Source: Octopus sinensis (taxonomy: Eukaryota). From it: DNA of 64,000 nt. Shown in pieces: positions 37,366-50,817 of this stretch; positions within the stretch are counted from its first letter, which is position 1, and each line of letters begins with the position of its first letter. The translations under genes and the position numbers were made by a program. The notes beneath the pieces were generated by a model. That model was not told the origin of the DNA, ran no database searches, and was given only the letters and a program-made list of their open reading frames with translations. The stretch spans positions 37,944,001 to 38,008,000 of the forward strand of contig NC_042998.1 of assembly GCF_006345805.1 (NCBI RefSeq), written 5' to 3'.

Positions 37366-37533
37366 TTAATCCAAACATGAAAACACAAAGAGAAAACACA
37401 ACAAAGCGAGGACGTGGAACAAATATAGTATTATTGGATGCTCAGGAAGGAAGGGAAGAAAGAGGGTTTAACGTTTCGAGCGGAGCTCTTCGTCGGAAAC
37501 ATAGTAGAAGGAAAGATCCAGAGAAGGGAAGAC
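37366..37533 (-). mobile_element. Second copy of the hammerhead-bearing (Penelope-like) terminal fragment
   Basis: Reverse complement aligns with 11030-11200, including GATCTTTCCTTCT..CTATGTTTCCGACGAAGAGC and AATAATACTATATTTGTTCCACGTCCTCGC. Confidence 0.75.
37466..37500 (-). ncRNA. Minimal hammerhead-ribozyme-like motif, copy 2
   Basis: Minus strand reads GTTT-CCGACGA-A-GAGC(TCC)GCTC-GAAA-CGT-T-AAAC; it differs from copy 1 only in the helix II loop. Confidence 0.55.
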
Positions 37534-37564
<31 letters not shown>

Positions 37565-37576
37565 TATGTATGTATG

Positions 37577-37608
<32 letters not shown>

Positions 37609-38375
37609 TGTATGTATGTATGTATAAATTTTTGTTGATTCAATCAGAAACAATGAATCAGCGTCCATCATAAGTGAAGGAGGTTATTCTTTTAAAACAT
37701 TGAAATGAAGGACTAAAAATGCCGGCCCTCCTATTAGGTCTGTTTTAGAGAGGCAGGCATACAGACATACAGTCAGAGAAAGGGAGACTGCTATCCAGAA
37801 GTTAAACTTATAAAACGTAATTAAGATTATCTTGTCCCATGAAAAACAGAGGAGATATAAATAAAGGAGGGCGAAATGTCCGCTTTTGCATGTTACAAGA
37901 ACGCCTACTTCCTTTGCATCGTTGTTTTTAATGCTTGTAACTCTGTCGTCTTTCTACTCGCCCTCCTCCCAGCCTATACTTTGCCAATAGTCTGATAGGT
38001 ATTCAAACTGATATATTCCACAACCAGATATGTAGAGTGTAATAAAAAAAAGAATGAAGAGTGTAAACAGTCTGTGGTAATTATAGGTGATTACGAATAG
38101 ATTACTTCTCTGATATCTAAATAGTAACTTGACAAGCATCAATGACACTTAGGTATGGATTTTTGGTCAGTTCAATTGAAATGCAATAAGTCATACAATT
38201 CAGGTGCAAAAAGAAAACATCATACTGCGATATTATTTTATTTGCTACTATTTATTGACTAATTATAAATATCTCTCTCTCTCTCACTTTCAGTCTATCT
38301 CTCTATCTCTCACTTTTAGTTTCTCTCTCATTCTCTCCCTCTCCAACTCTCTGTATTTATATATATATATATCTG

Positions 38376-38407
<32 letters not shown>

Positions 38408-38701
38408 CGATACCGGCCATAATATAATGTCAGTAAGAACAAGTGTATCAAAATAATTATTACAGAAGATGAACAACGTTGAGACAAGATATTTTACACA
38501 TATCCAGATATATATAATATCTATCTATCTATTTCGTGAGTTATTAGGAAATAAGCAATCATCTAAATTGCAACGGCCAAAAGGTAAGGATCACTTAGAA
38601 TAAATGAACCTCTAATCGAGGTATTTGTTGTTTAGAAGACTGTTAATGGGCTAACAGTCATTTCTTATGATCATACATCATTGGAACATTCAACTGTTAA
38701 C

Positions 38702-39303
38702 ATGGCTGCTTGTAAGAGACGACCGGTGTCCTGCGATGAAAAACAAAGGATTGTATGTCTTCAATAAGAGGGCAAGTCAAATTCTGTGATAGCAAATTCA
38801 GTGTTGTGCAACGGATTGTAGCTTGTTTTAAGTCATCAGGATCGACAAATGCTAAACCCAAAACCGGTAGACCGTTGTTCGAAAAAAAGTTCGTTTTCCA
38901 TGCTTTTGTTTTTTATGTTCTGATTTCTCATTTTGTTCACGTATTAAGGTTAGAATGTCACTGAAGGATGGGTTTAAGAGTACTGCTGAGATATCCTGCG
39001 AGTTTAACTCCACTTCCGATGTCAACGTATCGCGCAAAACAGTTTTTTGGGGTTACGAGGTTCTGGGTTGCTTGCTCGGGCACCGGAAAAGAAACCTCTG
39101 ATCTCCAAGAAGAATCAAAGAGCCCGCCTTCGTTTCGCTCACGAACATGTCGTTTGGAGAGAAGAACAATGGTCGCAGATTCATTTTAGCGATGAATCGA
39201 AGTTTAATGCGATTGTTTCCGATGGCAGAATGTACGCCCGACGAAGAAGTGGTGAAAGTTTATCTCGTGCATGTGTGAAGGAGACAGTGAAATATGGAGG
39301 AGT
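38702..39303 (+). pseudogene. Tc1/mariner (Tc1 family) transposase, 5' half, disrupted
   Basis: MAACKRRPVSCDEKQRIV..., GSTNAKPKTGRP, ARAPEKKPLISKKNQRARLRFAHEH, WSQIHFSDESKF (first catalytic D) and VKETVKYGG. It has a stop, frameshifts and an insertion, and is truncated before the second D. Confidence 0.92.
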
Positions 39304-40794
39304 TAGTAAAAGAATGAAAGAATAACAGAATAAGATCTGGCAGAAAGTGGAATTTATCAAATTGTTTCGTCCTCAATCTCCATAAAAACAGTTACTGCGT
39401 TCTGCTTTATTGCGCTTTTTTATTAGGAAGACCTTCATCTCGAGCCACATTTATAAGTACTTTGGCATCAGTACTTCAGTAAGCGTTGCCAATTTTCTTT
39501 TCCTTTCAAGGTATTCAGTTCTTTTGAGTTAATGGCCATACTTCGACATCGCTTCATAATGGCATAATGGTCTCATAGCAATTTCTGTTGTACATCTTTG
39601 TTCTGCCTGTAATTTCAGCCAGCTTTTGGGTGCTAGCTGTTCTGCATTACTTTTGTTAGAAATGTTTGTAGTCCGAGGATAGATTTGCGTAATGTCCTTA
39701 AAGTTCCGTATTCAATATTAATATATCCGTGGCAGATATTTTATGGTATATTCTTAAGATTTCCATTATTTTTCTTGTCTTCTCTTAATCCTCGTTAGTC
39801 CATTAAGCCTCTAAAAGCAATATTTATATCTACAACTTATTACTGATTCAGCAGGATCATTTCTGGTTTTTACTTCATTGCTTGAATCTAACATTCTCTT
39901 ATCTTTCTCCTTTCCATTTCTGAGACTGAAAATTCCGTACCTTCTACATAGAAAATGGTCTGCACTCTGTATATGTCTAATTTAATACAGGATATTCCGA
40001 ATGCTTCTTGGTAACCACAGTAAACAAGCTGTGGAAATTTAAAACGTTCCTAATTCAAATCAAATTTTGCATCACTTTCTCCCAAATTATTTGCCACAGT
40101 TACCAAGCTCCCAATGGTATTTTAAAGCCTGCTGAACTTGTTAACGTCTTCGTTGCAGCATTCGAGGATTTCGTATGTGAAGTCTGTGTAATACTCTACT
40201 TTCTATTTCCTTCGTTTTTGCTATGTATCAACTTAGCATGTCACTTATAATACATACCTTCTTATCAATGACTACAAAATCCAGGTTATTCTGTTCTCTT
40301 TTCGATCGGTTTGTGAACAAAATCTCATTTCATTGTTTTCCTTGACATCCATTTCTACAGTCACAAAAGAGTTAGAGCTCTTTTCTCTACATGCAAAACT
40401 AAGATTCTTATAAACGTTCCAACGAATTAAGCTAGAAATCTTCACATTCCTTCACATTTTGTATTAATTTTGAACTGCTTGGATATTCCGATAAAATCGA
40501 GCGACAGTTCCATCTGAATCATATTATATTCTACATTCGGATAAATAGTAAAACTATTTACTCGAATGATATTTCATGCTTTTGATTCGATTTACCCTCA
40601 GCTGTCTCTGTCTCTGCATTAAAGTTATCTCCCCTCAGCTCCTTTGATCAACTCTTATTTCTTTAATCAGAGCCAGCTCTCTTTTATATGCTTCATCTCA
40701 TTTGTTTTTGTTTTTTGGACAAACAAATGACGAAGTTTCTTCCTTTTCAAAAATTGATTTCCTTTTATTCAAAGGTTCCTATTTTTGAGCCTCT

Positions 40795-41260
40795 CTAAAT
40801 ATTACTTAATAAAAGCTTCTTTCTGTTCCATGATTTTGCTTTTTCTTTTCCCAGACATGTATATATCTGTTTGACTTTTATCGATTTCGTATTCTCAGCA
40901 TTAACTACATCTATTCTTGTGCTTGTGTTGGATTTACCCTGTTTCATCTTCACCATACCACATTTCTCGATTCCGAATGCCATTTAAATTTTTCTACTAT
41001 ATATTCATACAGCCTCTAGTAAGGAATCCAGCTGAGTCTAATAATAGTAAGGCTTTAACTCTTGAAGGATTTAAAGTTTTAGTATAATACGATTCTGAAT
41101 CTATGTGGAGTGTTTTCTTTTCTATTTATACAGCGTCAACAATCTGATTTGATGTTGCGTAATTTTTTGTTCAAACCATTCTTTTCCTATAATACGTTTA
41201 TCGAGAATGGATGTTGGTTTCTTCCTATAAAATACGAAGCAGTGTTCCTCTATTCATTCA
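40795..41260 (-). mobile_element. R4/Dong-like non-LTR retrotransposon RT fragment
   Basis: MAFGIEKCGMVKMKQGK...YTCLGKE resembles the R4-clade MxFGLDKCAxxxxKRGK...YKYLGI region. Confidence 0.7.
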
Positions 41261-41399
41261 TTGAAATTGCAAATCACTTCTCTTGTATAGACTTTGTTGG
41301 TGTCCCTACAATGCTTTTCAATATCTCTCCAATGGAACACTAATACAGAGTTACATACAATGGAACACTAATAGTTTTGCAGTTTATCTGTAGGTTACG

Positions 41400-41740
41400 T
41401 TTGCACACGCTGCAGCTTCTCTCATTGCTGAACTGTTTCTGGCCACTTGTTATTTCTAGTTAAAGTTCCATGTGTAGAACTTGTCGTCTTTTCTGGGCTG
41501 TTTGTATCGGAAATCGATGCTGCCATAATATAGCGCTGTGTGCATATTCCATTGTATGTTTCTCGATTTACTGGTTGACATCTTCTGGGCTTGTAGCTTT
41601 CACGATGGGATTGTTGTATTCTCAGAGTGAGAATACAGTACAAGAGGAATGGTATTCTACATTAGGTATATTTTGAGAGACTTCGCCTACCGTACCATGA
41701 TAAATTGACGCGCTCTTGTCTTCATTATATAATTCACTAG
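41400..41740 (+). mobile_element. R4/Dong-like C-terminal (endonuclease region) fragment
   Basis: YILRDFAYRT resembles KILWDFxIRTD and RCCHNIA resembles RRHDNVA; heavily decayed. Confidence 0.4.
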
Positions 41741-42294
41741 TAAATCTATATATATTGTTCTATGGTGTTGCTATCATACTCACACCTATAACATGTATCC
41801 TCATCTTATTTCCTTGTGGACAATATTTATATCCGTAATATAATGAGTGTATATTAAGACAGATAGGGAATAGGGAATTATCTACAAGATGCAGCTTCAG
41901 TTCTTTAAATTCGTCATAGCTTATAGAGTTGAGAACTGTCCAAATGAATGCAAGCACTAATAGTTACACACTTCTCATGTTTATATAATCGATTAGATTC
42001 AGTTGATATGAAGGCTCTTCAGCGCCGTTTATATGCGAGTAGCCACCGTATCCATTGCGATCTTTTATGTTTTGTCGTAGGGTCTTGGGGTTTACATCGT
42101 TTAGTCTAATTCTTTCTTGGGATCATTGGAGGTGTCCTTAACTAAGAATGAAATTCACCAAACAGCGACCGATCTTAGGAGAAAAAAGAAATGTAGATGA
42201 GCTACAAGCAGTAAAAAGTGCTCGTAACCTATATTAATGTGGCTCTCACGAAATATAATAACGATGACAATGATAATAATAATAATAATATAAA

Positions 42295-42503
42295 AAATGG
42301 GTGAAGATGGTGTTGAAATCCAACCTGAATGCCAAAAAACAAAGGAAGAAGTACAAAAAGGACATGAAGAATTACGCAAGAAGGGACTACACAAACAGAA
42401 GTTGCAGGAAAAATAGGTGGGATTGGCTGATGAAAGGAACCGTAAAAATATAGAGACCGAGAGCACTATTGTGGTAGTGCAAAACCAAGCTTTGGTCACG
42501 AAC
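42295..42503 (+). mobile_element. R4/Dong-like fragment (post-RT region)
   Basis: KGLH, KNRWDWLMKGT and ETESTIVVVQNQALVTN resemble the conserved W.WL..G.LKxETExxIxAAQDQALxTN. Confidence 0.75.
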
Positions 42504-44559
42504 CTGTCACATTTTAGTCTCCGGTATTTTCTGGCTTCTTGGAAGATAGAATAGACTTTTGTATTGTTCGTATCATGTAGTGATTTGTAATTGATATTTT
42601 AATCAGTTTTCTAGTTGCATCCGGGTCATTTCGTCTTACTTTTGGTGAATATACTCATTCTTTGTCAGATGTTGCCTAAATTACTTCTCTTGACTTTATG
42701 CAGTCTCGATAATTCAGTTGGACTGTAGCTGCGACTGTTATAACTTGAACTATTACTGGGGGCACTGATCACTAATTAGAATGCAATTAACTCTGTTTTA
42801 AGTATTAATCTGATGCATTGATAACATTCCTTCCGAAACTCTTCTTCTATTTGCGATTGTTATTCTCTGTCTACTTTATTGATTCCCAAGCATTTGTGTA
42901 ATTCTGTGATGAGCCTAATTCTTTTATGTAAGTTTCTGTATCAAATTTGTTTTCACATAGTGTTTTAATCCGAATCTCACAATTATTCTATAGAAACCTA
43001 ATGCATCAACTCTAATTCTTATCCTTTATGATTTATGAGATATAAACGGCAACCGATTGTTCTACCATCGCAATATATCTCAGTCTATTTGACCATGCTG
43101 GTTAAGTGTGTTTGTGTCAATTTATTGGCTGTGATACTTTGCCATTCTCTTTCCTTTATTTCTCTTGTACGGTATCCTTTATTTAATCTTAAGAGTCATA
43201 TGGTCCTTTGTAGTACCCATTAAAATCTTTTGCAAATAATTTGCTTGTCATCAAACACTTCATTTATTCCCTGCAATAATATCTTATCTATGTCTTCATG
43301 TTTTTAGTGTTATCAAAGATTTTGTAAGATGTAGGAAGAAAAGTTAAATCTCCATAGATATCAGGTTTGTCTCCATTTTCAGTGTTGTGATGAAAATGCT
43401 TTTCCATTAGGCAGTCCCTGTTGGTGTTGTCTCCGTCCCTTCAAGGTTTCTGTCTTTCAGCTTATTGGTACATGATACCTTGCATTTATAGAGGCATGTT
43501 TCTATCACGGACGAAAGGTGTCATGTGGCCAGGGGCAGTTACTGTGGCTTTACAAGTGCTAATAACAGCCCCAAATCGAAAAAGAAATACATACCGATAC
43601 TATGATTAGTAGAAGTAGCGATGAACGAAAGACAAAAGATCAATAATACACGGCGAAAGCCTTGCTGCTTCGGCGGAGTAAAACATGCCGAGAGCATGAT
43701 GTTCAGAAAAAGTGGCAAGATTAAGGGAAAAAGAAAAGAATTAAAGAAAAAAAGAAAAATTAAAATCATCAGCAACACTGAAAATAGCAACAAACCCTAA
43801 AATAGCAACAAAACCTGTGGGGATGGCGAATGGATTATCGTTAACCACAGCATGAGATGTGAATGAGAAGATACCACGCCCACAAAAACTCCCGATTTGT
43901 AGAACCTCGTTTATTGTGCAACGATGAAGAAATAACGACCACAGATTCACATTCTCAAATGATTAGCAAAAATACAAAGAGTGGGGTAAAAGGAAAATCA
44001 GAGAGGAGAGTGAAGACTCAGCATCAAATAACCAAAATAGATTAGGAAGAATAATTTCTTGCAAATGGCAATGAAATCCGCCTTTAAGAACATGAAGAGA
44101 ACAAGGATGAACGATGACTCAGCATGCTTCGAAATTCCCACATTGGATACAAAAAACTTACGCATCTCTTAAGAAGTTCAAAAGACGCGAATAAAATAAT
44201 TAATATTTTTCATTCTTGCGGTACCACCTTGAAGAATTATTAGTCGAATGAATCGACACCTGCATTTGTATTTGTTAAAGCCTGATACATATTCTATTAC
44301 CGAACCATTAGTTAAATGCATCAACACCGGTTGTCACGCAGTGGTGTGGACAAACACAGACACAAAGATACACACATGCATACACACACGCACACACACG
44401 AACACACACACGCATACACACGAACACACAGCTGAATCAACTAGCATGTCATGGCTGGAGATGTATTCTTTCATTTTGGCTAAGACTTGGTTGACACTGA
44501 ATATTTTTTGTTAATTCTTTCTTCTTTAATCTTAACAAGATAAGTTTACTGCATTCTTC

Positions 44560-44800
44560 TTTCTACAAAATGAAAGATTTGTTGCGGAGTTCGTCAATAC
44601 AATCCGTAGATAAAATTACAGTTTTGGAAATTTTATTTACCTTCTTCCAAGCTATTCAATTGTTTTTAGCTAAGGATCATATAGGTATTTTGTCTCCTTC
44701 AATTTGCCTTGCATTCTCTGGTTGTTACTCTAGCTAAGATTTTAGCCTTTCCGTGTTTCCCGTTGTTGGACATTTTTTTTCTCTCTATAATTTTCGTATC
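44560..44800 (-). mobile_element. R4/Dong-like pre-RT fragment
   Basis: KAKILARVTTRECK resembles KQDILAKAQRIRRY of the open copy at 63740-64000. Confidence 0.4.
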
Positions 44801-47800
44801 TGTTTTGTGTTTCTTCTTCAAGTCATAACCCACAGCGAAATATTTTCTTTAGATATTTTTGTAATCCAGTATTTGATATTACATAATGCCTCTAAGTTTT
44901 CGCACTCGTAGTTAACAGAAACTCTTATTACCAGACATTAGGTGTGTATATTTGTATTGCTGTCTTGTTTTCCTTGTTTTTCTGTCAGCTTTTTCTTTTA
45001 TATTTAGTCTCCGAATGAGAATTCTTGTCGCGATATTTCTTCTAATGGGGATGGGTTCCCACTTTTTGTCTGTGAGTACAATTACTTGTCATTTACTCAT
45101 TAACGTTCTTTATTTGTCTTCGTCGAATGAAAACAATTGAAACCTCAATCTAGTCTCATTTTCATCAATGTTTCCATTAACAATTCTATTAAGTTCCCTA
45201 TGAGACGTCGTTCAACATTTTAACCAAAAGTTGAAACATTATCGAATTGTCATGAATTCTTGTCGTTTTTGGTTTTAGTATCTGTGCTACAGAATTAGGC
45301 AAGCTTATTTTATGTTTTGAAATATAACACCTTGTGATAGTTTCTTTTCTGAAATCTAATACCCACCCCCAAATAATTTTCTCTCTCTCTCTTGCTGTTA
45401 TCGTTTACCTTTACACTGTTCTCTGAAGAGCTCCCTTTGGGTTTGAGGGGAACCCATTTCTTTCTTCGAAAAATCCTTCTATTTTTTATACAGGACGATT
45501 CTTAGCGATTTAGAGATTTCTTTTCAATTGTGCTTTTTCTTCGTAGTTTTAATATCGCTCTATCATTTATCTAACTTTCCTTTTTTATGCGTCTTTCTTT
45601 TCAATGTTAATTTTGTTCTTGATTCCCTGAATCTTTTCCTCTTAGTTTTTAATATTTTTCTGCATAATTGCTTCCTATATGCTTTGATCCGTCTTTGATT
45701 TTCTCTTATAATTAAATCTAAAACAGAACCTACTTACTCTTGTAAATAAATTAGTTTCAACACATATTATTACATTTAGGTTATTAATACTGGTGATCTA
45801 ATACCTAATATAATTAAAACTATGACGGGTAGGTCTCTTTTATGTTATTGCCTTTTTTATGGCTGAATTTTCTCCTCAGGAGACACTTCGTTAGTCCATA
45901 AGAAAATTTTTTTATTGAACGAGATGCATGAATTATTTCTGCATTTATAATCTCATGCTTGTTTCCTAACTTCAGAATTTCTCATTCATTCAGCTTCTTT
46001 ATATCCTTTTTACCTATTTGATATATTTATCTTCGTATACACTTTTGCTATCTCACCTCCTGCTTCGGTATTAATTGTTACACAATATACCTGGACGACG
46101 GTTCGCTACTTTTGAGTTTATAATATTCCATTTTCCTCGTCTTTTAAATTTGCCTTCTCTGTACAGAATGTTTCTAGTGTAATTCTTTGATTTCTCTTAA
46201 TTTTCCCTTTTCAAGTACCATTCTTTCCTTAAATTTCCCATTTCAATTAATATTTGTGTTTACATTTAGGAACGTATCTGGTCTGCTGGAGTTTACCACC
46301 ATCTTTAAATACGTTCTAAATTTTTATAAAGTGCATAATTGTAGCCCCTTTTGTTGGGTGGAAACCAGAATAGATTCATATCAATTCGTGTCCTTCTACA
46401 ACTTTTTTTTCAGTTGCGCGCCTTGAGGAATAATGTCTGCCCCTTTAGATTATTATAATTATTGTCGGGTCTCAATTTACGAGCTTCTCATTATATTGTA
46501 TTTTGCACACACCATATTTCAGATTTTAATGCATTATGTTACAATTAGGCGTTTTCGCCTTATTCACTCAAAGCTGAATAATACGGCTTTATATGTAATA
46601 TTTATCCGGACGCGGGAATACGGAATTAGCCTGGTGTTGATATGATATACTTTCTTATGTGTTATTAGCTCATGATAGGAAATCATTGAATACTAGAGGT
46701 ATTTTTCATGCATGAATATATGGCAATAACCAATAAAGTAATACTTACGCAATTATATTTCCATATTTTTCATTGCATTCTTCTTTCTTTCCTTCTCTTT
46801 CTGTTGTTGCTTGCGTGAGTAGACTTCTGTTATGAATCTCTTGAAAGAAATTTCAATAACTAAATTTTTCATTCTTTGCGTTGTTAGGCTTCGGGTCTTT
46901 TCAGTGTTTCTGGATCCCTGCCATGCCTTTATACAGTTTTCGTTTATTTTCTTTACTTACGTTTACTTCAACACTAGAATAGGGTTTCTTATTTAGAATA
47001 GTAGAAATTGAGGCGGACATTAAAGACAGTGCTAGCGTACACGCCCCCGAGATTTTAACGGTAATTTTCTTAAAAATTGAAAAATTTAAAAGACAATCTT
47101 GGAAAACACCAAACAGAAAAAAAGATCTTGATAATTCGACAAACAGATGCAGTAACAAGGCATACGTTGGTCCTTCGAAAAATGCAGATAAAAGACCTGC
47201 AAATATTTTTCTAATTGAAACTCAGAAATAGGCGATACCGAAATTTACTCAACGGAAACAGTAAAAGAAATAAACTTGCGAATGTCACGTACCAGAGAGA
47301 ATTTTTAATATATATCAGCTTTCCGAAAATACTGTAAGGGAATGGTGTCACAAAATATTGTCTCCCCGTAACTTCAGGAAACTGTGCCTCCTTAACAAGG
47401 AGAAATAAGATAACTATGACTCCTTGGAGCCGAAGGATTTTCATGTTCTAATAAAGACAATTAAAGGATAAGTACGAATTAAACACTGGCATCGATCTAA
47501 TCAATTTAACCATTCTCCTAAAACTGCTGGCCTTGTGTCAGAATTACGGAGAATTATTTTTGTTACTTTGAGTAACATTTTTCGATTATTTTCTTATTTG
47601 ATATCAAGTTAGTTCAGATGGAGAAGTGGCTTTGAAAGAATGACTTCAGAAATGGATTTTGGTATTTCCTCTTCAACTGTGCAATCGTTGCTGTGGTTCA
47701 GAAATGTTCTTACGAAGAGAGCCGTGGGACCATTTTCACATTTATTTTAAATCGTCCACGCTACAATATTTTAAGTTCACGGCAATGTTCCCTTCAAGTC

Positions 47801-48594
47801 TAATATTTATAATCGGTTCTTGTTCTCGCTCTTTTATGACAGTTTGTTGTTTGATCTCTTCTTTTTCAGTTACACGTTGTCGGTCACATCAAGGAAATTC
47901 TTCATGCATTTCAAGTGCATGATACGTGTATAATGCTGAATCGACAACAATTCACACCAGTAAATTATATATTTACATTAACTTTTCTATTAGAATATCA
48001 ACACAAAGGGAAAGGAAACAGCGAAATTCTGCGGAAAATTACGGAAAGCGGCGTAAAGCAAATGTTTTGTGTATTTCAAAAGCACAACAGCGAAGTGAAA
48101 CGATGAAAGACAACAAACGAAGTAAATGGTATCGGAGTCTGCATTCACCGTGAAATAATGAAAAGCAGTGAAATATTATTCACTCAAACAATAACTCCAC
48201 AAACATCTCCATGCAAACATTTTACCCTCTACTGTGTGCATTTATCTTCGTTCCATTTATCAACTCTCGTAGGTAAATTCATTCTCTATGAGAGATCTCA
48301 ATCTAAATACACTGTCCTGCTACTTGATTAGTTCTGAATCTCTCTCATATACAATCTTTAAAATTAGTTGATTAATTAATGCACTCAATTGTTAAGAATG
48401 ATTAATTTAATGAATCCATTTACAAAGTAATCTTTCAAAGTCGCTTCTAAAAGAGAAAACTAAAGAAAGAAAACCAAAATGCTTTTTTTTTTATATTTAT
48501 CAACAGAAACACACAATCGAACATTTCTAACCTATCGTCAATGAACACACTGGAATAGCCATATATTAGATATTTACTTATATACATACAATAC

Positions 48595-48862
48595 ATATGC
48601 TGCACGTGGTAAGAAGCTTCCTTCCGAATTACGTGGTTCCGTGTTCAGTTCGGTACGCATCTTCTACTATAACCTCAGACTGAACAAAGACTTGTCAGTG
48701 GATTTCATAGACGATTACTATATATATATATATATAAAGAAAAAAGCTGTTCAGAATGCTGGATGGTTTTTAAAATGATGAACATTCTAAACACCTTTTT
48801 TCTTTCATATGTATTAAATCTGTACATCACCCCCAATAATTCTAACATATATATATATATAC

Positions 48863-48934
<72 letters not shown>

Positions 48935-48966
48935 GTGTATATATATATGTATATACACATATATAT

Positions 48967-49009
<43 letters not shown>

Positions 49010-49039
49010 AATATATGTATGTATATATATATATGTATG

Positions 49040-49070
<31 letters not shown>

Positions 49071-49091
49071 GTATATATATATATGTATATA

Positions 49092-49152
<61 letters not shown>

Positions 49153-49393
49153 TTCGAAACGTTTAGTAGATGAAATCTTAGCGACTGAAGAAGGGTTTTT
49201 TTCGTTGTGCTTATTGTCCTGTATCTCTCTCTTTTTTTTGCTTGTCTTGTTCCTTGGTTTGTGTCTATGTGTTTCGTCTCTCTATGTGTTCGACGTCTTT
49301 TTGGTGTCCTGTACACATATATGCGTGTATATGTACATGTAGAGGTAGGTACGTACATATATGTTTATATATATGCATATGTTCTATTTTATT

Positions 49394-49430
<37 letters not shown>

Positions 49431-49710
49431 TATATATATATATAATATATGTGTGTGTGTATGTATTATATACATTTACACATGTATCTCTGTATGTGTG
49501 AGTCTTTCTGTCTCTGTTTGTCCCCCACCACCGCTTGGCAGCCGGTATTGCTGTGCTTCAGTCCTCGTCACATAGCGATAGAATAAGTACCACAATTTTT
49601 GTTTAGAATTAATATTTGCTGTGTTCGATTCATTCGACTAAAACTTCTTCAAGTCGGTGCCCCAGCGTGGCCGCAGTCTAACAACTGAAACAAGTAAAAG
49701 ATAAAAGGTA
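48595..49710 (+). mobile_element. SINE family B split by about 780 bp of (TA)n-flanked sequence
   Basis: 5' part GTGGTAAGAAGCTTCC...CTTCTACTATAACCTC...GTGGATTTCATAGACG at 48595-48715; 3' part TGTTTGTCCCCCACCACCGCTTGGC...AACTGAAACAAGTAAAAGATAAAAG at 49495-49710. Confidence 0.8.
48847..49150. repeat. Large interrupted (TA)n microsatellite
   Basis: Direct inspection. Confidence 0.95.
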
Positions 49711-50769
49711 TGAATGATGTTAAAATAGTCTCACCTGATCCATATGACAAAATCTATTCTGGGTTACTCACATTTATATTCTGGACAAACAGGTACGGAT
49801 TTTAGCATTAAACCATTGACAAAATACAATTTCAAATTTAAAAACTGGAAAAATATCAGGAAAGAACCATCAGAAAATCATCAGTTAAACTGGATATTAA
49901 CTTTTAAAATATCCAATTTTATAGACGTAAGAGCTATCCTTAGGAATGATGTGGAGGTTGGTATTTCTCCATCGCTGCCAGAGCGAATAATTTCGGCTCC
50001 CACCGGCGAATGTGATTGATTCAGAACGAGCAGAGAAAGAAATTGTTAAGACGTCAACCTTAAAATTTTATTGATTCCGATAATGAATGCAACAATTTTT
50101 CAGAAACAGTAAGATTTAAATGTATTTATCGAAGGTTAAAAAAGTGGAGGAGAATTGAGGAAATATTGGGGTTATAAACAGAAACGTTAATAAAGAATAT
50201 GGTAAATATAAAAGAAATTACGAAGTAAAAATAGCTGAAAAATCGCAAATCCAAAAGATAGAGACTATTTGTTTTTAAATTTATTTAATTGACAGTTTGT
50301 AACAATAGATTTATATGATGAATTTTAGAAAATTTTATTACGTTTTCATAAATTCCTTGTTTAAAACAAAATAATAGAAGCATTCTTTCTTCTGCAATAT
50401 GTAATTAGTAACCAAGGATCAAGTCAGGCTAAGTGTGGTTTCATCAGAAGGTAGATAGATCATGTATATGTTTCGGGCAAAGACTGAGCCGAGGCCATGT
50501 TTAACCTCATAGTATCACCCACTAAGATCTGATCAGTCAACTTGAGTCAGGTTTTGTGGTATCGTGGCCCATTCAAATAGGCAGTTGTTGTTAGCTGAAA
50601 TGTACCCTGTTACAGGTGGCTTATCTGGTAGCCCTTCAAGAAATTTGTACAGATCATTTCAAGGTGATGGGATCTTTTACGAACGATGTTTTCTGTTTGG
50701 AAACTGAGATGATAGATCGGGTAAGATCTGTTTCGGTATATGGCCTGAATCGAAAGAATTTCTCCATAA

Positions 50770-50817
<48 letters not shown>

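Noticed and set aside
48705-49445. Longest ORFs in the track (217 aa, 136 aa) and the many other YI/CV/IIII/NNNN ORFs
   Set aside because: Translations of stop-free microsatellites; no coding signal.
50430-50490. Minus-strand GAAAC...CTGATGA as another hammerhead
   Set aside because: No helix I, II or III pairing and no valid cleavage triplet could be built.
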